A stretch of DNA of 64,000 nucleotides from Chrysemys picta bellii (lineage: Eukaryota): the NCBI RefSeq assembly GCF_011386835.1, contig NC_088812.1:11656001-11720000 (forward strand). The letters are read 5' to 3'. Both the position numbers and the translations under genes were made by a program. This document shows positions 24,419-36,060 of the stretch, piece after piece (position 1 is the first letter of the stretch; each line of letters starts with the position of its first letter). The notes below the pieces were generated by a model. It was not told the DNA's origin, made no database searches, and saw only the letters and a program-made list of their open reading frames with translations.

Positions 24419-24672
24419 GTCGCTAAACTCCAGGGGTAAGCTCTCGGTGGGCTGGAGCTCAGCAGCGCTCAGGTACAGATCCGTGGGGGCAGCGTCCAGC
24501 TCCTCGGGAACAGAGAGCACCTGCTCGGGTACATACATCTGAGGCGGCAGCTGGAGATGAAGCGGGCAGCAGGGACTCTCAGAGAGGCTTACAGGAACCG
24601 GCTTGTCGCAGGGCGCTTCCTCCGACCCTTGGCACAGCTTAAACAATGTCTGATTGGTGTCCTGACAAATAT
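24419..24672 (-). CDS. KANSL2: KANSL2 exon 8
   Basis: [38 protein letters not shown]...LPLEFSD; 254 nt; donor GTAAGT. Confidence 0.95.
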
Positions 24673-26993
24673 CTGGGAAGATACAGTCAAGGGGAACGTA
24701 CAGAGCCTGGCCTGGCAAAGAAACCTGCTACCGAAAGAGGTCTTGCCCTGGGACACAAAGCAGAGGGCAAAGCACAAACTCAAGAGACCAGGGATCTAGT
24801 CCCCAGTTGCTCAGTGACCTTGGCCAAGCGTGTGCGCGCCCCAGATGTAAAATGGGGATATTATTGATAACCTTGGTGGGCGGAAAAGGGGGATATGAGG
24901 CCTAGCTGAATGCTTGTAAAGCACTCCCACCCAGACCCTCAGACAGCCAGTGTTACGAATGCAATGGAATGGGCCACTGCAAATAAATCGTAAGTATCTG
25001 CACAAACCTGAACATCTACCATGCAGCAGGGTGCTCAGTGTTTATAGCAGCGGGCACACAGCTTTTTCCAAATCTAGAAATTTAGTTCCGGATTTTCATC
25101 CCTTCTGTACCTAAAAGTGCCTAGAGGAAAAACTATCCCTGCCAAGTAAATGGGATTCCCTGCCTTCAATCACAGCCAGACCCAGCTCCAATGGCATCCT
25201 ACTTCTAAGGCTGTCCAGCAGCGGGGACTGCCACTCGCTCACTATCGAAACTAGAACAAGAACAATCCCACGTAAAGGAACCCCGCCAAATGTCAAATCA
25301 CCCCCCCCCCCCATCAGTAACGTCTGGCCTATTACTGTTACGAAGAACTCCGGAGATGACTGTAAATGAAAAATTAGAGCAATTTCCCCCAATTTGTTCA
25401 CTTTGCAAATACAGCACTCCAACCCGAATGACTAGTGACTTGGGGGCTTAACTTGAAGCACTTCAGCACTCTTGGAGAAATTGGGCTTGTTTATGGTGTT
25501 TCAAGTCAGACCCACCCACGAAGTCAAGCCACACAAAAAGAACTAGTTCTGAGGTCTTTGTGCATAGTGACGGTCACAGTTTCCCTTTTTATGCATGGCA
25601 ACAAGGGAGAGAAAAACATTAAAAACACAGTGATTGTAAAACCACAAACTGGCAGGGAACTCCCAACGCAGGAGAAGGACCTGGAAGAGCTTTTAACTCA
25701 TTTTTTGAAGTTGACCAGATTTCAAGATGACCATTTCCTCTTCAATCCTCCACACACGCGCACACAGGAATCTTGTAATACACAGACTTAAAGAAGCTAG
25801 TAATTCGGACTAACGGAATCAGTCCAGAGCCTACAGCAGAAGATGCTCACAGGCAGATGCCACCAGCAAAGAGGCTCTGTACAAACGGTAAAGTGGGGCT
25901 CCAGATTTTAATCTCTCAGTGACTCCAGATCAAATGCTTAGTTTACAGGTCAAAACATGATTTATGAGACTCACCGATCCCACATGGAACAGGAGAATCC
26001 AGCTGGGTTCTGTCTGTTTCATGCATCATTACCAACAATCTAGTTTCCTGAAAACCAAACAGAGCCAACGAGTCTATCAACGATGCACGAAGCAGAACAG
26101 ATTACAGCTGGTTCTCCTCTAACTCGATCAGCTCAGCAGGGCTGACCAAAGTAAAATCTTGTTTGGGTCACTAAATAGCAGACACGAATCAGACAGAAGA
26201 GAAGACATTTTTTATACAGTCCTTTCATTGCCTGCACTACTCTAAGCTAGCCAGCTGCAAATGTCTCCTGGGTTAAGCCATTTTAGGGGTATTTATCCTG
26301 GAGAAACAATGGCCATTTCCTGCCCCACACACCTGTTCCCTGTGTGTAATCAGCCGCAGATCTGCTGACTTTAGTAACAAAACAAAGTTAATAATTTCCT
26401 CTGCTGCCAGCCCCACTCAGCCAACATGACTCTGGGAGAGGGAGCTGGAGTTTACTCTGACTCGCATCAGCAACAACTGCTAAAACTAAGCTCCGAATGC
26501 AGCACCGAATTCCACCTCTAGTTACCTCAGTGTAAACCCCTCCAGACAATGGGGGCTGCACAGGTGTAACCGGGGGCAGAACATGGCTTGTTACTGTGGG
26601 GATCTAGGAGCTGTAAAGAACCCAGTGGGAATCTGCAGGGCTGGCCCACCGTTTTATCTGTAAGCCAAGCAGACTTGCTCTGAAGTCAGACAAACATGCC
26701 ATGGAGACAGTATGAGACTCACTGTTCAGTGTGGACGTGCACTTGAACAAACAGCACCCCCCAAGGAATCCAAGTCAGATCTAGGGACCCATGACACTTC
26801 CCAGTGGAGCTAAGATTTATTCTTAACTCACAAAAGGCTCCACCCAATACTTCCTTGTTCTAGATGTTTATCAGCATCCACAGGCAGGATTCTTCAAGGA
26901 TTACATTATATGAGTTAAAGACCAATTTACTTCCATCTTAGTTTAACACAGCTGGAAATTAGCCTGTGGCTGTCTTGTAATCTTCCACGGTTC

Positions 26994-27130
26994 GCTTGTT
27001 GCTTCCAACTGAATTGGCAGTTCCCTGTAAGAGGCTCTGGAACAGCCAACAGACCACGGGAAGGCATTCCTCTGGGCTCCTGCTTGAAACCAACGGCTAC
27101 AGCAAACCGACGGCCTTGATTCAGGGCCCA
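26994..27130 (-). ncRNA. SNORA2: SNORA2-family box H/ACA snoRNA in KANSL2 intron 7
   Basis: 137 nt beginning TGGGCCCTGAATCAAGGCC; H box AGAGGA; terminal ACAagc; about 92% identical to the copy at 20047. Confidence 0.9.
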
Positions 27131-27222
27131 CAGAAATTAGCAGCAGTCACCCCGGTACACATCATGCTGCCAGAGCACAGTCCCACGTGCAGCTCACTGC
27201 AGATGGGAGGATAAAAGGATAC

Positions 27223-27319
27223 GAGTGAGGCAGTGTCTGGTCATCGGGAGAGACGGATTGGAACAGCGAACGTCATCGACAAAGGCCAAGCACCGCTGGC
27301 TGGAACGAGTGGTGTGTGC
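27223..27319 (-). CDS. KANSL2: KANSL2 exon 7
   Basis: [32 protein letters not shown]; 97 nt; donor GTATCCTTTT (U12-type). Confidence 0.95.
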
Positions 27320-28205
27320 CTGCAAAGGAGCCCAAGAGAACAGATCAGAGCCACACAGGAGGACTGTCCAGGTGCTGACTGGAGAGAGACCTGCCACTTT
27401 ACAGGACTCTCACATTCAGCTATCAGAGCGACCTTCCACCATGGACGCTTTTTGTTGACTTTGTCGTCAGGAAGAGTTCAAGTTCTGAGGCAGATTCCGA
27501 ACTTCCTTGCCTTAGGGCATGGATTCTCAGCCTGAGGCTTGCAAACCAGCCTGCCAGTCCCGGATTGCTTTTTTGGGGCAGGGGAGTGAGGTGTCATTAT
27601 GGAAAGGCTGAACCCACTCCACTGGGAATTTAAAATCAGTCCCATCCTCTAATTTCATTCAAACATTTAGGTAGCTTTTTTTTTTAAAATGGTAATACAG
27701 AAACAACTGCCTCAGTCAATTTCAATTTCAGCTTCTCCTGCACAACACAAGGTGGCTACATTTGGGCTCCCGAGGAATGTTTAACTCTCCCTGCTCCAAC
27801 AAAAAAAGGATTTCCATGTAATGACAAGTGATGAAAACCTATTCCTACTCAGATTAGCCTCTCGCCCACCCCTTTCTTTAAAGGGAACAATTCTGCAGAT
27901 CTACATTTTGGGCCTACATTATAAGTGCTCCTGTCCCTTTAATAAAAGCAGCCCCAACAGAACTCCACACTCATTGGCTGAGGTTTCCTATGCCGCCCGT
28001 CTGCCAGGAGTGAATATTTATGGCTGATGTACATGTCCCCAAAGACAGGGCTTTACAATGGAAAATCTGGCAGGGCTGGAACTATATGCAACTTGCTGGA
28101 ATGATCCCCACAAGGAGGAGAGGGAGAGGAGACCTGGGAGCTAAGCGAATCTGGAACTCAAACAGGCCTGAGATCAGAACTCCCTGTGCCTACAGCATGA
28201 AGTAC

Positions 28206-28372
28206 CTGCTGGGCCGCACCCTCAGTCGCCAACATCCGACGCTCCTTCAGCTGGCGATGCAGCAGGGCCTCCACGCCATAGCGCTGCCGATAGCGTCGGA
28301 GACACTTCAGTTGCTTCAGGTTCTCACGCTCCTTGGCCAGAAGCCCCTCTGGGCCTGTCAGAAGGCTGCTCC
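28206..28372 (-). CDS. KANSL2: KANSL2 exon 6
   Basis: [55 protein letters not shown]; 167 nt; AG/GT boundaries. Confidence 0.95.
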
Positions 28373-29636
28373 CTGGGAGATAGACAGAAGGGAATCGGCA
28401 TTACACAACATTGTCCAGGCTGCTGCCCTCTGTTTAGAGAAGAGTCCATTGTTCGCTTCTAAACAGGACTGGGGATGGATTTCCTATGCAGGGAGCCAGA
28501 CCATTTAGCTGGCTATGGAGGGCCTCCGACTGCTGACTCCTTGCTTAGCGAGGTATTGAACAGCTCCACATTCTGGTGGTGTTGAGTTCTGCAGCCTTAG
28601 CCTCCCGCAAGCTCATCCCACTTACTCCAGTAAACCGGTTAGTCTGTAAGCATTTGTAAAGGACTCCTCCCTTTTTGAAACTGTTGATGGGTCAAACCTG
28701 TATTTGGACTATAGCATATGAATTCCTGCAATTAGAATTGCAATTTGACTTGGCTTATAGATTAGTCCAAAGTGGACTACATGGGCTATTTTAAAAGTTT
28801 ATTAATGTGCAAATGTTGTGATGTAAATGTTCATAACTTTGCATTTACCTGACTATTCGTCACGGACTTTTTCATCAAGTTATCGGTTTATAAAATCTTT
28901 TATAAAATATTGCTGCATATAATAGTCTATTCTTTTTGTCAGAGAATGGGTCGTATAATGTATTTTTGCATGACAAGTTACCCGTGGAGAAGATGACAGT
29001 GAAGGCATTCTTCATGCGGCTCTGCAGCACAGCTGGCTACATGACGTAACATTTCACTAGCTGAACTATAAAAACAACTGCCTCCAAAGATCATCTTCTA
29101 GACCCCAGGAAGTCAGCAGGAGGTAAGCGCCTCTCTCTCCAGCAGACCTTAGGCTGCCCCACGGCCACCCCTGCTTCTCCCCACTGTTTTCTTTTTGTAA
29201 ACAATAAGCACGTACATTTTATCAGCATACATTGTGTACGTATGGTTTTACAAGTAGAACACTGCATGAATGTGAAATTAAACAAAGTTTGGAAGAAGAA
29301 ATCCGCCAGGGAAAGTGAAGGCCATGGGATGGCCTTAGGGGTGGGTGCGCCACAGAGAGTGCCATCTGCCTGGAATGTAAAAAGCAAGGATGGAGACGGA
29401 ACGAGGGCCCAGAGAGTGGAGCTGGGCAGGGAAATAATTGTGTCTCATGCATTTAACACCTTATCTGCCCAATGGAGAGAGCTTTAACTGTCGCGCCCTC
29501 CTCTTCTTCCCTGTGCTAGGAGCATCCGAGGGCCCAGGCTCCTGCCGACTCATAGGAAAGGCTTTCTATGTCAGGCTGAGGAAGCTGCAGCACTGGTCGA
29601 AGCCTTCTCTGCCAGGCCTCAGCCCCCACGCTGAAG

Positions 29637-29869
29637 CCAGGTCTACAGGAGAAACTTTTGCGGTATAGCAATGACAGTTTGGGGCATGATTTTTTATGGC
29701 ATTTCTATACCAACAAAAACCTCAGTGCAGAGACAGTTATACCAGCATCAAGCGCTTTGGCTGGCGTAGCTTATTTTGCCTACCAAACGGGTATAATGTA
29801 AGCTGCATGTACACGAGGAGGGCTTGCCGGTACAGCAATGCCAGCAAATCTTTTCTAGTGTAGACAAGG
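29637..29869. mobile_element. MITE with GTCTACA/TGTAGAC inverted termini (Harbinger-like)
   Basis: ccaggtctaca ... tagtgtagacaagg; a more degraded relative lies at about 48538-48719. Confidence 0.5.
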
Positions 29870-30205
29870 ACTTATACACCCTAACATTTTGTTTATTAAA
29901 AAACAAAACAGGAAATCCCATACAGAAAATCATTTTTCTCTCAGAGTTCAGGTTTTGCAGGCATGGTTTCCTCACAACACCACAAACACTAAAGAGCAAA
30001 GAAATCGGGCAACCTTCATACCCACCATGAGACCAATCTTCAAGCACTTGGCCAACCACACACAACACAAATACCGTCACCCTTAGGCACACAGAAAAAC
30101 TGAAATCACCCCTAAGAAACATAAAGGTCTGTGTGTGGCTTCTACATGTGCTGTGCCCTGTGGCCAGAGGAATACAGAGCTGTGGCTTCCTGGACCAGTA
30201 CTTGC

Positions 30206-30369
30206 CTATGGCTTCATGCTCCCCCTTGCGGCTGTGCAAGTATCGACGCTTCTTCTCTTTCAGGAGGTGCTGGAGTCGTTTGAACTGGTCTATGTACAAT
30301 GACTGCAAACGGATCAGCTTCTCACGCATGATTAACGCCACCTCCTCAGCTGTGTACACGCCAGCATGT
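30206..30369 (-). CDS. KANSL2: KANSL2 exon 5
   Basis: [54 protein letters not shown]; 164 nt; frame is kept only with the GC donor G|GCAAGT. Confidence 0.9.
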
Positions 30370-31000
30370 CTATAACAAACAGGGTCCAAATTCAATAGGT
30401 CACAAGTAAGTGAGGGACAGTAAGATATGAGCTTTATAGACGCTAGCCAATAGCCTTGAGATACCACCAGATAAGAGGTAGCCCAGAGCAGCACACCTGG
30501 CAGGGTGAAGCTATCTAACCAATAAGTGAGACCTACAAGCCAGCCAGTGAGTACGAATCTAAGAGCAGGGAGTGGAGGTGGTTAAATTCTAGAGATATAC
30601 AAGACTGACCTAGTCACACTGGAGCAATGCAGGATTTTCTTCTGTATCCTTCGTAATACTGAACATCACATTGGCCAGACTAGAACAAACCAATAATGGC
30701 CCTCCTAGCCCAGTACCCACTCTCCAATGAGGGCTAACACCAGCTATGTCACACAAAAAAGGCAACAGCTTCTTTTCAATTATACCTCACAGGAAGGGTT
30801 TCTTCCTGAGCCTATCTGGAGATCAGCACATGGTGTAACTCACGAGAAACAACGTTTGTAATTTTTAGCTGTAGCATTACTGAAGATGCCGTTTCTCTTC
30901 CTAGAACTGTCTTTTAACAAGGATCTAAATTATTATTATTATCCTGCAGCAGCAAGCTCCCCATTCTATACAACTGACAGGCATTCACAACGTGTCTTAC

Positions 31001-31115
31001 TTCAGAGGGTCTTCCTGATCGCTGTCGATGCTTTCAGCTTCACTATCAGGGTCTCCTCGCCACGTCTGATCCACTGTCACAGGGTCTTGTTCTCCATCAC
31101 TCCAGCTGTCCTCAT
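31001..31115 (-). CDS. KANSL2: KANSL2 exon 4
   Basis: [39 protein letters not shown]; 115 nt; AG/GT boundaries. Confidence 0.95.
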
Positions 31116-31467
31116 CTGAAAGGAAAGAGGCCATTACAGAGGCAGGTCATTCAGCTCCACTTCCAGGCGGCTGTTACTCAAGCACAGCACAGACAAGAAC
31201 CTGCCTCGGGAGTCCGGCAGCAGGAGGGGAGACAACCAGCTCTCTTCAAGAGACAAACAGGTCACATCACAGACGTCCCAACCCCCAAACATCAGGGTAA
31301 GCCCCAGAGTTTGAACGGGAAAGTCACCAATTAAATCTGGGCTGTCACAGTTCCCATGGAATACTCATCTTCCCGACCAAGAAACCTGAAGACTGCCGGC
31401 CCGCTCCCTGCGGAACTGACCCTGCAGGACAGAAGCTGCACCTCCTAGTTGTGTCCATTTACTAAGG

Positions 31468-31856
31468 CAGTGGTTCTCAAGCAGGGGTACGCAGAGGTCT
31501 TGCACGGGGTACATCAACTCATCTAGATATTTGTCTAGTTTTACAACAGGCTACATAAAAAGCACTAACGAAGTCAGTACAAACTACAATTTCATACAGA
31601 CCAATGACTTGTTTATACTGCTCTATGTACCATACACTGAAATGTAAGTCTAATATTTATATTCCAATTGATTTATTTTATAAATATTTTATTTTATGTG
31701 GTAAAAATGAGAACGTAAGCAATTATTCAGTAGCAGTGTGGTTGTGACACTTTTTGTATTTTTATGTCTGATTTTGTAAGCAAGGTGGAACTTGGGGGTA
31801 CGCAAAACAAAGACTCCTGCAAGGGGTACAGTGCTCTGGAAAGGTTGACACCATGG
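31468..31856. mobile_element. Non-autonomous hAT (Charlie-like) DNA transposon remnant
   Basis: Left terminus CAGTGGTTCTCAA; degenerate right terminus GGTTGACACCATGG; AT-rich interior. Confidence 0.6.
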
Positions 31857-32233
31857 TACTAGGGCACAGAACCTGCAAGCTGGAGCAGGGGATTCATCGG
31901 ATAGGATAATAGGAGGAGCACTTCAACAGATGTTTACTAATTCAATTTCACAACTTCACTCTGATGCGTTGCCCCATGTTTTACAGGAGGGGAAAACCTA
32001 AGTCCAGAAAGGTGAAGTGATTTAACTATGGTCACATGGGAGATCCTGGATCCGGGTCCACTAAGCAAAGTCTCTCTCGTGGGACATCATGTTTTTACCA
32101 GATTCCTTGGGATTGTTCCCTTTCCAGGATTAAATTGGGTGACTTTGTTGCTGGTTCCTCTCGTATTTTAGCTCCAGAGAAGGAGGCTTCCCCCAAATTC
32201 TTTTTTGTTGTCTATTTCATTCAAAGCTCTTAC

Positions 32234-32412
32234 CTAGAATTCTACTAGCTTCACTGCGGCTGCTCTCTGCAGTCTGGGAGCCCAGCTCCATCTTTGCGTA
32301 AGAGCTCAGCTGGCAAAGAAGAGTCTCACCCATGGGTCCGGGGTTGGATTTCTTCATCTGGGCTTGATGTGCCAGCGTGTTCCTGCGGGCATGCTCAGCA
32401 CAGAACGACACA
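32234..32412 (-). CDS. KANSL2: KANSL2 exon 3
   Basis: [59 protein letters not shown]; 179 nt. Confidence 0.95.
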
Positions 32413-32763
32413 CTGAGGGGACAAAACAAAATGCTGTCTGGCTCGCGGAATTCATCGCTTCCAACCAGCAAGGCAAATATAGCAACAGAGCGAGAAGCAT
32501 TCACAACACTTGGCTTGGAAAAGGAGTAGTCTCCACTCCACTCCTCTGATGCCAATGATAAATTCAAGCAACTCAGACAGTCATTTATATAGTTCCTATA
32601 CTACCAAAGGACCTCACGTGATTTACAAACCACATGCACAACCACTGAAACGCAGTCATCTCTGGCATGGAGGTGGCAGCCACATGGCCTAGCAGCGAGG
32701 TGAGGGAAGGGATTTTGGGGCAAAGGATATGGGGGCAAGCCCTCACTCTTTCAAAAAACTGAC

Positions 32764-33228
32764 TGTGACGAACTGGGCCTGTTCTCACTGTGGTCTGTGA
32801 GTGCTGACAGGGGAGTGTGGCTGGGATAGTCTGCATTGGAGGATGGGAGTCTGCCCGAGGGCGCATACCTGAGTGTGTAACATGAGAACCCAGGAAGGGG
32901 TTGAAGGCCAGGTCACTCCTGAGCCTGGGAAACTGAACAAAGGCGGTGGGTGGGGTCGCTGAAGGGAGAGTGCTGGAAGCGAGCTGGAGAGATGGCTGGG
33001 AGGCAGAGATGGTTCTGACCCCCCCCCAAAGGGGGGTGGGCTGGGATGCCCTGGGACCCCAAGCTGGACTTAACTGAGGGGGTCCTGCTGTCTGTGCCTG
33101 CAAGACCTGTCTTGGACTGTATTCCTGTCATCCAAATAAACCTTCTGCTTTACTGGCTGGCTGAGAGTCATGGTGAATCGCAGGAAGCCGGGGGTGCAGG
33201 GCCCTGAGTCCCCCAATACTCCGTGACA
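32764..33228 (+). mobile_element. Solo LTR with 5-bp target-site duplication CTGAC
   Basis: TGTGACG...CCGTGACA termini; CTGAC on both flanks; internal AATAAACC. Confidence 0.85.
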
Positions 33229-33735
33229 CTGACCAAGGATTTTTAATGTCCATGCAGAGAGACCCACGTGCATAGGACTGAACATCTTTATCTCACAAGG
33301 ACCCACTCAAAAATCCGGGGATACAAATCTTTGTGATCTCAGAGGGTGTAGATATTTCAGAACTGATGCTATGACCACTGAAGATAAAGTTTTGTTGCAG
33401 TGATGCCAGCACCAGGAAACAAATACATCAATAAACACTACACAGTTCTCCAGCACCTTTCACCCAAGGATCTCAAATCACTTTTTAAGCATTAATGAAT
33501 TCTTAATCCCTCTGCCAGACGATTACTGTTCTCACTTTGCAGATGGCTAAAGGGAGACTCAGAGAGGCAAAGTGACTTCCTCAGGGTCACACAATGAGAA
33601 AGCACCCTAACTAGGAATAAAACTCAGAGCTCCTAGCACTGGGCCTTCGCCATGGGACAGATCCTTCGCTCCCTCCAGGTCACTTTAGTTCTACTAGCTA
33701 GAGCTAGGGGTAACTATGATGTGGTGGGTACTTAC

Positions 33736-33986
33736 CCATCCTTCTTCTCAGGTTTGGGAGCAGCATTTGGACACCTCTTCCCATTCTTAGTGGAGACGTA
33801 GCTGCATTGTTTGAAGGGAGCATTCCTGTCTTCGAGGATGTGCTTAATGCAGAACTCTTGCCCTTCCAGCCGAGGCTGGGAACACTGGCGGTGAGTGAAG
33901 GCACACGACAAGGGTTCCTGGGGCCTTGGCACAGGGGTAAGACGCCCCCGACTGGATGGCAAGACGTGGATCCGAATTCTGTTCAT
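33736..33986 (-). CDS. KANSL2: KANSL2 first coding exon (exon 2)
   Basis: [53 protein letters not shown]...KKDG; 251 nt; donor GTAAGT. Confidence 0.97.
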
Positions 33987-34659
33987 GCCAACACTTGCAA
34001 CAGATACACACAGCTAACTGTTAGAGCTGGAGCAACCCCCAGACTCTAGAATTACTGACCAGCCCCTGCTACCATCACCAAAGGGAATTGGGACCAAATG
34101 ATTTGCCAACAGTTCAGTAGAAGTCCCTGTGCTCTGCAGAGGGTGTCATGGCACAAAACGCTGCCCCAGAAGCACAAGAGTGAGCGGGAGGAGGGAATTC
34201 TTCCCACAGCCTTGATTTAATCTGCTCTTTATGGGGCGGTTGGAGCTTCATGGCATCCCTGGCCACTTTGCAGCTCACTTCCCCTCCGTCCCCATTGCGC
34301 TGCCTGTGAGCGGGGGCCCCAGAGCACAGGGAAGCCGGGGGGGGGGGGGGGGGGGGCAACACAAACTCTTTGCCATTTGGGTGCAGGCACATTTTGTGCC
34401 ATGACTAAGGGGCGGGGGAAACCCGTGGAAGAAGGTCTGTTCTCCAGATAACCCCCTCTGGGGTGAGCCACCTGCATCCCACCCCCTGCCCCAGAGAACC
34501 AGGCCCCCTTCGCCCTCCCGCCAAGACTCACCCCCCACACGCTGCTGGGGGCTCAGGGCCCCAGTCAGAGCCAGGGGCTTGGCGCTGGGCCCCTGCCCCC
34601 CAGGGCTTCCAACCCCCCCAAGGGGACGGGACTAGAAAACACCCACGGGGGGGGACCCC

Positions 34660-35030
34660 GGCCTGAGGCTCCCCCGCCCCCCTCGAGCTGACCCCCCCCC
34701 CACGGGCTGCCCCCCAGGCTGCCCCCCCACGTGCTGCTCCCCCCCCCCGGGCTGATCCCCAGGCTGCCCCCCCCACGTGCTGCCCCCCCCACGGGCTGAT
34801 CCCCAGGCTGCCCCCCCACGTGCTGCCCCCCCCCACGGGCTGATCCCCAGGCTGCCCCCCCCCACGGGCTAACCCCCAGGCTGCCCCCCAGGCTACTCCC
34901 CCCTCAGGCTGCCCCCCCACGGGCTAACCCCCTCAGGCTGCCCCCCCCAGGCTCTCCCCTCCTCCCTCGAGCTGACCCCTCACCCCCCCTCAGGCTGCGA
35001 CCCCCCCTCGGGCTGACCCCTCCCACGGGC
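34660..35030. repeat. C-rich tandem repeat in KANSL2 intron 1
   Basis: Repeated cccccacgggctgatccccaggctgcccc units. Confidence 0.8.
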
Positions 35031-35084
35031 TGCTGAGCCCCCGCCGAATAACCCCACCCCCACGGCTGACCTCAGATCCCCCCC

Positions 35085-35300
35085 CACGGCGCCGCCATTT
35101 TACTTGCGGGGGAGGGGGGGGCCGCGCCGTCCCCCCAACAAGGAAGCGCCGCCGCCATCTTACCTCGCTCGCGCCCAGAACGGCCCGGCGCCCGCCCCCG
35201 CCACGCCATTGGCCCAACCCGCCGCCAATCCGGGAGCGGGGAGGAGACGCCCCCCACGGCCATTGGAGGAGAGACCCATCAGTCAGGGAGCCAGGGCCAG
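35085..35300 (-). promoter_or_regulatory. KANSL2: KANSL2 CpG-island promoter and non-coding exon 1 (ends at 35164)
   Basis: Donor GAG|GTAAGA at 35163; CCAAT boxes at 35208, 35225 and 35262; YY1-type AAGATGGCGGC (35151-35161) and AAAATGGCGGC (35091-35101) on the minus strand. Confidence 0.7.
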
Positions 35301-35419
35301 CCCCTTGGAGGGATAGTCACGTGGGGGAGGGGAGGTTTCAGAGGAGGGTGTGGCTGGGGGGGGGGTCGGAGATGGGCGGGGAGGGGAGCAGGCGAAGGGG
35401 TAGAGCTGCCGGGGGAGGA

Positions 35420-35877
35420 TATGGCTGGGGGGGGGGAGGGTAGGGCAGTGTCCGGGGGTGCTGTCCTGTCCTGGCCAGGGGGAGGGTATGGCAGTAGAGG
35501 GAGCTAGCCTGGCGGGGAGGGGTGGAGGGTATGGCTTGGGGGGGGGGGCAGAGAGAGGATAGGGTATGGCTTGGGGGGGCTGGCCTGGCCTGGCTGGGGG
35601 AGGGTATGGCAGTGGGGAGAAGCTAGCCTGGCGGGGAGGGGGGGAGGGTATGGCAGTGGGGGGGGGGGGGGCTGGGCTGGCAGGGGGGGGTGGAGAGAGG
35701 ATAGGGTATGGCTTGGGGGGAGGCTGGGCTGGCCACGGGGAGGGTATGGCTTGGGTGGGGAGGGTATGGCAGTGGGGGGCTGGGCTGGCCGGGCCAGGCC
35801 AGGGGGGGGAAGAGGATAGGGTATGGCTTGGGGGGCTGGGCTGACCTGGCTGGGGGGAGGGTATGGCAATGGCGGGG
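35420..35877. repeat. G-rich degenerate tandem repeat upstream of KANSL2
   Basis: Repeated ggggagggtatggc motifs with long G-runs. Confidence 0.8.
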
Positions 35878-36060
35878 GGGAGGGATAGCTCAGTGGTTTG
35901 AGCATTGGCCTGCTAAACCCAGGGTTGTGAGTTCAATCCTTGAGGGGGCCACTTAGGGATCTGGGGCAAAATCAGTACTTGGTCCTGCTAGTGAAGGCAG
36001 GGGGGCTGGACTCGATGACCTTTCAAGGTCCCTTCTAGCTCTAGGAGATAGGATATCTCC
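35878..36060 (+). mobile_element. tRNA-derived SINE with CR1-type tail (tortoise polIII/SINE-like)
   Basis: A-box TAGCTCAGTGG and B-box GTTCAATCC, followed by ggactcgatgacctttcaaggtcccttc, which resembles a CR1 3' end. Confidence 0.8.

Noticed and set aside
35878-35950. tRNA gene
   Set aside because: Has A and B boxes but no convincing acceptor-stem closure, and runs into a CR1-like tail, so it is a SINE head.
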